Positions 8,965-17,300 of a DNA stretch of 32,000 nt are shown here, one piece after another. A program made the position numbers and the translations under genes. Position 1 is the stretch's first letter. The number at the start of each line of letters is the position of its first letter. Source of the DNA: Akkermansia muciniphila ATCC BAA-835 (GTDB lineage Bacteria; Verrucomicrobiota; Verrucomicrobiia; Verrucomicrobiales; Akkermansiaceae); NCBI RefSeq assembly GCF_000020225.1, contig NC_010655.1:660001-692000 (forward strand), given 5' to 3'. A model generated the notes under the pieces. It was not told the origin of the DNA, did not search any database, and saw only the letters and a list, made by a program, of their open reading frames with translations.

Positions 8965-9247
8965 CGGGGGAATCGGCGCCCTCCTCTTCCGGCATCTCTT
9001 CCAGAAGCTTGTCTATGGTTTCAATGAAACGCCACGGGCACCGCTTGCGCTGGTATTTACGCCACAGCACATCACGCAGGGTCACCCAGTGCGCCCGCGT
9101 TAATTCCACGTGTTCCCATTCCACATCGTCACGTTCCGCACGGCCCACCTTGGGGGCGCACTCCAGCTTCCATTTGCCGGCATGGTGGCATGCCCTGTAC
9201 ACCAGGGTTCCCTCTTCCGTGCGTTCTTTCCACGTGTGAACTTCCAT
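8945..9247 (-). CDS. Hypothetical small protein (100 aa, Trp-rich, acidic C-terminal tail)
   Basis: A clean ORF co-directional with comF, with its stop overlapping the comF start. Composition is protein-like. I recognise no family. Confidence 0.55.
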   Translation of the reverse strand: MEVHTWKERTEEGTLVYRACHHAGKWKLECAPKVGRAERDDVEWEHVELTRAHWVTLRDVLWRKYQRKRCPWRFIETIDKLLEEMPEEEGADSPDGKCER

Positions 9248-9332
9248 GGAGGCGAGTGTAAGGAAGAAGCGTTTCGGGTAAAGAGGAATTTTTTCTAGTC
9301 ATCCGCCCTTGCGCGATTAGTATGGCTCCGTC

Positions 9333-10142
9333 ATGAACGACACTGAAATGATCGAATGCCGCGAGCCTGCCCTTCAAATGCAGCGCCTCATCGCCATCAT
9401 GAAACGTCTGCGCGCGCCCCACGGCTGCCCCTGGGACGCGGAGCAAACCCACCATTCCCTGATTTCCAATATGATCGAGGAAGCCTATGAAGTCGTGGAC
9501 ACCATTCAGCGGAATGACTGGACGCAGCTGAGGGAAGAATTGGGCGATGTTTTGCTTCAAGTGGTTTTTCATGCGGAGATTGCCCAGGAAGCAGGGCGTT
9601 TCGATTTCAATGACGTGGCTGCGGAAGTAAGCGAAAAACTCGTCCGCCGCCATCCCCACGTATTTGCCCAGTCCAAGGCGGACACGACGGATGCCGTATT
9701 AGCTCAGTGGGACAAGATCAAACGCCGGGAAAAGGGGGCGGAAACAACCCCATACCTGCATGGAACAGGCAAGGGGCTGCCGCCCATGCTCCAAGCATGG
9801 AAGCTCCAGAAAAAAGCCGCCAAAGTAGGATTTGACTGGGCGGACGCCCAAGGCGCCCTTGACAAGGTGAAGGAAGAAACCGCGGAATGCGGGGAAATTC
9901 TTTCCGCACCGGAGGAAGACCCCCGCGTCGCGGAAGAATTGGGGGATCTTCTGTTTTCCGTAGTCAACCTGTGCAGGAAAAAAGGAATCGACCCGGAAAC
10001 GGCCATGGCCGGAGCAAACAGAAAATTTGAGCGGCGTTTCAACGAAATGGAACGGCTGCTTGCCAAAGACGGTCTTTCCCTGGAAGAAGCTTCTGCGGAG
10101 GCCATGGAGGCACGCTGGCAGCAGGCAAAATCCGCCCGGTAA
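9333..10142 (+). CDS. mazG: Nucleoside triphosphate pyrophosphohydrolase MazG (tandem MazG domains)
   Basis: Contains L..IM.RLRAPHGCPWDAEQTHHSL, EEAYEV and ELGDVLLQVVFHA, with a second repeat at ELGDLLFSVVNL. These are typical of two-domain MazG. Confidence 0.92.
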   Translation: MNDTEMIECREPALQMQRLIAIMKRLRAPHGCPWDAEQTHHSLISNMIEEAYEVVDTIQRNDWTQLREELGDVLLQVVFHAEIAQEAGRFDFNDVAAEVSEKLVRRHPHVFAQSKADTTDAVLAQWDKIKRREKGAETTPYLHGTGKGLPPMLQAWKLQKKAAKVGFDWADAQGALDKVKEETAECGEILSAPEEDPRVAEELGDLLFSVVNLCRKKGIDPETAMAGANRKFERRFNEMERLLAKDGLSLEEASAEAMEARWQQAKSAR

Positions 10143-10154
10143 CGGAATCCGGGG

Positions 10155-10484
10155 TCAGGCCATCATGTCCATGTTCGGGTCTTTCCAGGCCGGATCATAT
10201 CCCTTGGCATAGCTGAACACATGCTTGTGCATGTATTCGAAGTACTGCTCTTTCTGCATGGGGGTGAGCCGTTCCCAGATGGCTACATTCAAGGCACGGC
10301 ATACCTTCTGCATCATTTTCAGGGTAAGCTGGCGCCCCTGCCGGGCTTTTTGGACCTGCTTGTGGGTAAGCTGCTCCGGAGAAATTTCCACCAGGTCGTG
10401 ATTGGTCAGATGCCAGCGCTTCATCAGTTCATCCAAAGGCTGTTCTCCGTGGTTGCGTCCGGTTGCTGTGGCTTCCTCGTCCAT
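10155..10484 (-). CDS. Hypothetical small protein (109 aa from Met 10484) with a possible HTH-like segment
   Basis: The ORF track extends to 10589, but the first 35 codons look non-protein-like and would leave only 20 nt before rnd. The segment RQLTLKMMQKVCRALNVAIWERL weakly resembles an XRE-type HTH recognition region. Confidence 0.45.
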   Translation of the reverse strand: MDEEATATGRNHGEQPLDELMKRWHLTNHDLVEISPEQLTHKQVQKARQGRQLTLKMMQKVCRALNVAIWERLTPMQKEQYFEYMHKHVFSYAKGYDPAWKDPNMDMMA

Positions 10485-10609
10485 ACGCCTTCCTTCGTGC
10501 CCTATTTCCGGGAAATAGGCAATACATGATTGCCCCATCAGCACTTTTTTTGCATTTCCAGTTGCCCGGCGTCCGGATACATGGTTCAATCCCGCTCCGT
10601 TGCAATAAG

Positions 10610-11668
10610 ATGATTAGCGAGAAAGAGGAATTACTGGAATGGCGCAAACGCGCCGCCGCACAGCCCGCGGGACGGGTAGTCCTGGATCTGGAGGCAGACA
10701 GCCTGCACCGCTATCAGGAAAAAATCTGCCTGATCCAATATGCGGACGAAACGGGTTCCTGCCTGATTGACCCTCTCTCTATCGAAGATATGGGGCCTTT
10801 CTACAACTGGCTGAAAGAAACGGAAGTCTGGATGCACGGAGCGGACTACGATATGAGCCTCTTTCAAAACGCCTGGGAAACGCTGCCCGCCATGATCTGG
10901 GATACGCAGACGGCGGCGCGCCTGCTGGGCTTCCGCCAGTTCGGGCTGGCAGCCCTGGTGGAACACTTCCACGGCATCACCCTGAGCAAATCTTCCCAAA
11001 AGGCGGACTGGGCGCGGCGCCCCCTTTCCCCAACCATGGTCACTTACGCCCTGAACGACGTAAATTACATGCTGGACATGGCGGACAAACTGACGGCCGC
11101 CCTCCGGAAAAAAGGACGCATGGGCTGGTTTGAAGAAATTTGCAGACATTCCATGGAACGCGCCCGGGAACGCCATCTGGCAGGCCATCAGGACCCCTGG
11201 CGCATCCAGGGCTGCGGCAAATTGAACAGGAAGGGGCTGGCCGCCCTCCGGGAAATGTGGACCTGGCGTGATGCGGAAGCCAAAACGTGGGACAAACCCG
11301 CGTTCATGGTTTGCTCCAATGCTGACCTCATCCAGTGGAGCGTGGCTCTCCAGGAACAGCGCACCGTGGCGCCCCCGCCCCGTTTTCATGCCCACAGGCG
11401 CAGCCGGTTCATGAATGCGCTCCAGAAATTCTACCTGCTGGATGAAGAAGACTACCCATGCCGGCCCCGCATTCAGCGCCGGCAACATTCCGACCAATTT
11501 GAGGACAATCTGGCCCGCCTGTGCAAACTCAGGGATGAAAAAGCTGAAGAACTGGGCATGGAAGGCTCCTTCCTGATTACCCGGGCCTCTCTGGAAGCTA
11601 TTGCGGAAGACAGGGAAAAAGGCGTTTCCACCCTGTTGAACTGGCAGAAGGAAGCCCTGGGTTTTTAA
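10610..11668 (+). CDS. rnd: Ribonuclease D (DEDD 3'-5' exonuclease plus HRDC-like domain)
   Basis: Exo motifs are DLEADSL (I), HGADYDMSLF (II) and YALNDVNYM (III, Y-x3-D). An HRDC-like region follows (LREMWTWRDAEAKTWDKPAFMV). I start at Met 10610 because the upstream 49 codons of the ORF overlap the divergent gene region. Confidence 0.88.
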   Translation: MISEKEELLEWRKRAAAQPAGRVVLDLEADSLHRYQEKICLIQYADETGSCLIDPLSIEDMGPFYNWLKETEVWMHGADYDMSLFQNAWETLPAMIWDTQTAARLLGFRQFGLAALVEHFHGITLSKSSQKADWARRPLSPTMVTYALNDVNYMLDMADKLTAALRKKGRMGWFEEICRHSMERARERHLAGHQDPWRIQGCGKLNRKGLAALREMWTWRDAEAKTWDKPAFMVCSNADLIQWSVALQEQRTVAPPPRFHAHRRSRFMNALQKFYLLDEEDYPCRPRIQRRQHSDQFEDNLARLCKLRDEKAEELGMEGSFLITRASLEAIAEDREKGVSTLLNWQKEALGF

Positions 11669-11899
11669 ACGGTCCTTTCTGCAAAGGAAAAACATCCGGA
11701 CGGAAGCACCAAGGCCCGGAAAGTCCGTTGTCCCCCTCTTTCCCCATTCACCCAGCATCATCGCCCATTCATCCCGGACGGCCAACACAAGCTTTCTCCC
11801 TGAACATTCCCGGCTTTCTGGAAGCGTTCTCCGCTCAGGGCAGACAGGAACAGAAATCTTCCCCCGCAAACGCCGTCTTCCCCTGCCTGTCTATTTACA

Positions 11900-11927
11900 T
11901 TGAGCGGAAGACAGTTTTTTCTATAAT
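11900..11927 (+). promoter_or_regulatory. Sigma-70-like promoter candidate: TTGAGC - 16 nt - TATAAT
   Basis: A perfect -10 hexamer at 11922-11927 and a 4/6 match to -35 at 11900-11905. It lies about 20 nt upstream of the ATG at 11949. Confidence 0.35.
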
Positions 11928-11948
11928 GCAGGGCAGTTCCCTTCCTCC

Positions 11949-12434
11949 ATGCCCTCCAACCGCCATTCATACATGGTCCTGGCAATCTTCTGCGTCTGCG
12001 CCCTTGCCATATGCGCCTTCCTTTCCTGGCGGAACCAGGAGAAAAAAGACCGGCTGTCGCGGCAGTACGCGGAATTTTCCATGCCCCAGACCTCGAAGGG
12101 AAGCACGCCGGCACAACAGAAAGCCCTGCTTGAAATACTTAGCAGAGAACAGAAAAATATTTCTCAGGCTTCCCCGCACCGTCAACAGGCGGCAGAACCG
12201 CCGCCCCGGAGCCAAGAAAAAATCTTTTCCCCCCCGGCAGGGCATGCTAGGGTGGCAGGCGATGAATCATGCCGATTTAGACCAGTTGCTGATCCTTCAG
12301 GAAAAGGATGTGCGGATCTCCAAACTCCGGAAGGAGCTGGCTTCCCTGCCGGAACAGAGAACGCGCCTGCTGAAGCAGATGGAGGCCATCAAGCAGAAGG
12401 CCCTGGCCGCCAAACAGGAAGTGGCAGGCATTGA
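11949..12434 (+). CDS. Possible small membrane-anchored protein; the 3' third overlaps the next gene out of frame, so the true extent is uncertain
   Basis: An N-terminal TM helix (YMVLAIFCVCALAICAFLSW) is followed by a polar, Gln/Lys-rich region. A promoter-like element sits just upstream. The last roughly 58 codons overlap the zinc-ribbon CDS and look compositionally random. Confidence 0.3.
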   Translation: MPSNRHSYMVLAIFCVCALAICAFLSWRNQEKKDRLSRQYAEFSMPQTSKGSTPAQQKALLEILSREQKNISQASPHRQQAAEPPPRSQEKIFSPPAGHARVAGDESCRFRPVADPSGKGCADLQTPEGAGFPAGTENAPAEADGGHQAEGPGRQTGSGRH

Positions 12435-12963
12435 AAAAAGCATACGGGACGTGGAGGCCGCCGTTGAAACCAAACGCGCCTACATCGGCAAAATGAAAAC
12501 CCTTCAGTCCAACACCCGGAAAAACGAGGAATACCAGATGTGCATCCAGGAGGTGGAAAAAACGGAAGCCGCTATTGACTCTCTGGAAACCTCAGAGCTG
12601 GAATTGATGGAGCGCCTGGAAACAGCAAAAACGGACATGGAGCAGAAAATCCGCCGTGCACGGGACGCCCAGCGTGAACTGGAGGAAACGCTCGCGCGCT
12701 TTGACCGGACGGCAGAGACGGACAAGGAGCTCCTTAACCGCTTGAATGCGGAACGCGCGGATCTGGCCGCCGCCGTTCCGGAAAATTCCCTGGGGGAATA
12801 TGAACGGATGACCAGAAGCAAGGGGGTTCCGGTCATTGTGCCAATGGATGAAAAAGGCCATTGCGGCGGCTGCCACATGGTTATCACGGACAACGCCCGC
12901 ATGAAAGTGCTGGGCGGCCACGAGACCGTTTACTGCGACAGCTGCCACCGCATCCTCCACTGA
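12262..12963 (+). CDS. C4-type zinc-ribbon domain protein with a long coiled coil (COG1579/DUF164-like)
   Basis: The N-terminus LDQLLILQEKDVRISKLRKEL is followed by a coiled coil and a terminal CGGCHMVI..x..CDSCHRILH zinc ribbon. Alternative start at 12244. The 11728 start in the ORF track adds about 178 low-complexity, non-protein-like codons. Confidence 0.85.
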   Translation: MNHADLDQLLILQEKDVRISKLRKELASLPEQRTRLLKQMEAIKQKALAAKQEVAGIEKSIRDVEAAVETKRAYIGKMKTLQSNTRKNEEYQMCIQEVEKTEAAIDSLETSELELMERLETAKTDMEQKIRRARDAQRELEETLARFDRTAETDKELLNRLNAERADLAAAVPENSLGEYERMTRSKGVPVIVPMDEKGHCGGCHMVITDNARMKVLGGHETVYCDSCHRILH

Positions 12964-12994
12964 AGGAGTTTCCAGGAACGCCGCCGGGCTTGCC

Positions 12995-14200
12995 ATGAAA
13001 TCCAGATCGGAAGAATTTGAAGAGTGGGGGACGGAAGTCATCTTCGGCCGTGCCAAGGGATTCCGCGCTGCCATGATGCGCATGATCCTGCGCGGCGCCT
13101 CCTGGCTGTTCAGGCTGGTGGTTCTGGCACGGCTGTATCTGTTTCATTCCAGCATCGCCAGGCAGGCCAGGCTGGGAATGCTGGTGGTCAGCGTGGGCAA
13201 CATCACCGTGGGAGGAACCGGAAAAACCCCGGTGGTGGAACTGCTGGCCCGCACCCTTACCCGGCGCGGGCGCAAAGTAGCCATCCTGACACGCGGCTAC
13301 AAGAGCGCAGAGCTGGATAAACCTCAGGAATGGAGGGACAAGGACGGCAGGCTGCCGGAGAATCTTCCCAAAATCGCCAGCGACGGGAAAACGCGCTACC
13401 TGGGCCCCCTGCATTCCGGAGATGAACCTTTCATGCTCGCCAAAAATCTGGACGGCGTGGCGGTGCTGGTGGATAAAAACCGCATCAAGTCCGGCATCTT
13501 CGCCATTGAGCACCTGGGGTGCGACACCCTGTTGCTGGACGACGGCATGCAATATTTGAAACTGGCGCATGAACTGGATATCGTGCTGGTGGATTGCGGC
13601 GCGCCCTTTGGCACCGGAGCCATGCTCCCGCGCGGCACCCTGCGGGAACCCAGGAGCAGTCTGGCGCGCGCCAGTTACATCATTCTGACCAAATGCGGCG
13701 GAAAGCCACAGGATGAGCTGATCTCCGCCATCAGGAAGTACAATCCCGTGGCGGACATCATCGTGAGCGACCACGGCCCCCGGTATCTGGAAAATGTGTT
13801 CACGGGGGAACGCCTTCCTCTGGAGGCCCTCCGGGGGAAATGGGTGGCGTGCCTCAGCGGCATCGCACGTCCGGAAAGTTTTGAAAACTCCCTGCGCTCC
13901 CTGGGCGCCCACGTGGAAATCTGCCGCAGGTTTCCGGACCACCACTGGTTTGAACAAACGGAATTGCAGGAATTTTACGACCGCTGCGCAGACCGGGCCA
14001 TGGACATGATCGTAACTACGGAGAAGGATGCCGTGCGGCTGGAAAAACCGGAGGAAAAACCGGAGGTCCCTATCTATTTCCTGCGCATTGAGGTGGAAAT
14101 TTACCAGGGCCGGGAGGCATGGGAACGTTGTGTAGACCGCATCTGCGGAATTTCAGAACCGCGCCCACGGGATGAATGGATGCCTTCTTCATCCCTTTGA
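12995..14200 (+). CDS. lpxK: Tetraacyldisaccharide 4'-kinase (lipid A biosynthesis)
   Basis: An N-terminal membrane helix is followed by the P-loop [16 protein letters not shown], then ILTRGY and LLDDGMQ, all typical of LpxK. Confidence 0.92.
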   Translation: MKSRSEEFEEWGTEVIFGRAKGFRAAMMRMILRGASWLFRLVVLARLYLFHSSIARQARLGMLVVSVGNITVGGTGKTPVVELLARTLTRRGRKVAILTRGYKSAELDKPQEWRDKDGRLPENLPKIASDGKTRYLGPLHSGDEPFMLAKNLDGVAVLVDKNRIKSGIFAIEHLGCDTLLLDDGMQYLKLAHELDIVLVDCGAPFGTGAMLPRGTLREPRSSLARASYIILTKCGGKPQDELISAIRKYNPVADIIVSDHGPRYLENVFTGERLPLEALRGKWVACLSGIARPESFENSLRSLGAHVEICRRFPDHHWFEQTELQEFYDRCADRAMDMIVTTEKDAVRLEKPEEKPEVPIYFLRIEVEIYQGREAWERCVDRICGISEPRPRDEWMPSSSL

Positions 14201-14307
14201 CATGGTTCACGTTTCCTGAGGTTTTCCGGAAATTCACCTCTTTTATGCAGAGAAGGCCGCTTGACTTGCCCGGAAAATCGTGTGAAACAAAAAGGCAGTA
14301 TTTTCCC

Positions 14308-17300
14308 ATGAAGGCATTTACCATCACCTCCATTCTGGCTGCTGCGTGCCTATTTCCGTCCTATTCACCGGCCGGAACTGCAGCAGGAAACAAGATTCAG
14401 GCTGCCTCAATGCAAACGGCGGCAGGCATTCCCAAGCAGGACCCCCAGCTTATCCAGGGGAAGCTCGCCAACGGCCTGACCTACTTCATCCGCCCGAACG
14501 CGGAACCCAAGGGCCGGTTCAGTATCCGCCTGCGCGTCAACACGGGTTCCCTGAATGAAACGGATGACATCCAGGGCGTTTCCCACTTTCTGGAACACAT
14601 GGTTTTCAACGGAAGCACCCATTTCAAGCGCGGGGAAATGGTTCCCGCCATGCAGAAAGAAGGCCTGGGCCTGGGAGGGGACGCAAATGCGTACACCGCC
14701 TTTGACGAAACCGTGTACATGATGGACGTGCCCAGCATGAAGGAATCCACCGTGGACCTGGCTTTCACCATCATGCGGGATTTTGCGGACGGAGCCCTGC
14801 TGGAAGAAAGCGCCATTGACGCGGAACGCGGCATCATCACCAGCGAATACAAGGTGCGCGACTCCGCCGGTTACCGGGTCATGAAGGAAGTCTTCTCCAT
14901 CATGCTGGACGGCACCCGCATTCCCGACCGCTATCCCATCGGCACGCTGGAAGTAATCCGCACCGCGCCGCGGGAAAAATTTATCAATTATTATCGGACC
15001 CACTACGTTCCCAGCCAAATGCAGCTCGTCATCGCCGGGGACATCACACCGGAACAGGGAAAAGCCTGGGTGGAAAAGTATTTTGGCTCCATGAAGAAGG
15101 ACAACTATTCCTTCCAGACGGACCGGGGCACGCTTAAAACGGCTACGGAAACCACCGCCCACTGGATTACCAACAAAGAGGCCACCAGCACGGAAGCCAG
15201 CATCAACATCGCCCGGCCCTATGTGAAAAAGCCGGATACCGTCGCCAACCGCAACAAAGATATCCCCCTGAACGTGGCTTACGCCATGCTGAACCGCCGG
15301 CTGGAAAAGATGGCGAAGAATGCGGACTGCCCCTTTATCTCCGCGGAAGGAGGCCGCATGGACATAGTGGAAGCGGCGGAAGTGGATTCCATTCAGACCC
15401 AGGCGGACTACAAGAATTGGAAACCGGCTCTGGCCGCCATTGAACAGGAACTGCGCCGGGCCATCGAATTCGGCTTCAACAAGGAAGAACTGGCGGAGGC
15501 CCGCAGCAACATTACCGCCGCCGCGGAAAACGCCATCAAGTCCTGGGCCACCGCCAAGTCGGAAGACCTGGCTTCCGCCATCGCCCAGAGCGCCGCACGG
15601 GACAAGGTCTTCACCACGCCGCAGGAAGACTGGGCCATCTCCAGGGAAGTCGTGGAAAACCTGACGCCCGAACAATGCCAGGCAGCCCTGAAGGAAGCCT
15701 GGACCGGAGCCTTTCCCCGCGTGATCGTCACTTCCAATAAGGAAAACCCCCAGGGAAGCGCCGAAATCATGAAAGCGTACCGGGAATCCCAAACCGCTAA
15801 AGTACAGCCCTACCAGGCGGACAGCCGCAAGGATTTTTCCTATAAGTTCGGAGATCCCGGCAAGGTGACGGCCCGTACGGAAACCACCGACCTGGGAGTC
15901 ACCCAGCTCACCCTGTCCAACGGCATGCGCGTCAACCTGAAGCCCACGGAATTTGACAAGGACTCCATCAACATCACCTTTGCCGTGGACGGCGGGGAAC
16001 TGAGCAGGCCGGAAAAAGCCTCCGGGCTGGAACTTTTTGCGAATGCCGTCATGAACGGCGGCGGTTTGAAAGACCACTCCAATGACGAACTGGCCGCCAT
16101 CATGGCAGGCAAGAAGGTAGGGGTAGGCTTCTCCATGACGGACCGCTTCTTCCTGCTTTCCGGAAACACCAACAGGGAAGACCTGGAAACGCAACTCCAG
16201 CTCCAGACGGCCTACCTGATGCACCCCGGTTACCGACAGGACGGCGTTACCCTGCTCCGGCGGGCCATTCCCATGATTTATAACAAGATGGACCATGAAG
16301 TGCAGGGAGCCATGAAGAAGCAGGTTCCTGCCATCCTTTACAAGAACAATCCCCGGTTCACCTTCCCCACCCAGGAACAGCTTACCTCCTACCAGGTCAA
16401 GGACGTGCGGGACTGGGTGGATGCCCCGTTGAAAAACAACTACATGGAAGTGACCGTTACGGGAGACTTCAGGACGGAAGACATCATCCCCCTGCTGGAA
16501 CGCACCGTAGGAGCGGTTCCCAAACGTGCGGAAGCTCCGGCAACGCTGGATGAAACGCTTCGCCATCCGGCCATGGCGGACTTCAATTTCTCCAAGGACC
16601 TGACCTATGACTCCTCCATTGATAAAACGATGGTCTGCCTTTTCTGGAAAACGCCCGGCGGAGAAAATAAAAAGCTGGCCCGCAGGCTGAACATGCTCAA
16701 GGCCGTCTTCTATGACCGCGTATTCAAGGGCCTGCGCGAAGACATGGGGGAAACCTACTCCCCTTCCACCGGCCTCAATATCAGTGAAACCTATCCGGAC
16801 GACGGCTATATCATCACGATGAGTTCCGGCGTCATGCGCAATAAGGAGGCCGTGCGCAGCGCCATCGCCAGAATTGCGGACGACCTCGGCAAGGGAAATA
16901 TCACCCAGGAGGAACTGGACCGTGCCCGCAATCCCATTCTTAACTCCATGGACCGCGCCCAGCGCGACAACGGTTACTGGACATCCCTGCTGAAAGACTC
17001 CCAGGCCAAGCCGGAACGGCTGAACCAGCAGAGGGAAAGCATTCCGGACGTAAAAGCCATCACCGTGGAAGAGGTCAACAAACTTGCCAAAGAGATCTTC
17101 GGCAAGGGAGAGCATCTCAACCTGAACATTCTGCCGGATCACCCGGCTGCGGAAACTCCGCCTGCTGAAAAGCAGGCGGACAAAGCCGACTCTCCCCAGG
17201 CCGCCGTCTCCCCGGCGGCTTTTTGCGTTCGCGCCACCGTCGTGAAGACTGTAAAAAAAGACTCCGGCAAAAATGGATATGCCATCATCATTTCCGAAGA

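Noticed and set aside
11728-12261. The N-terminal 178-codon extension of the zinc-ribbon ORF (ORF-track start 11728)
   Set aside because: The extension is Pro/Arg/Ser-rich with no structure-like pattern. The family N-terminus (LDQLL.LQ..D) begins at Met 12262, and a promoter-like element lies inside the supposed extension.
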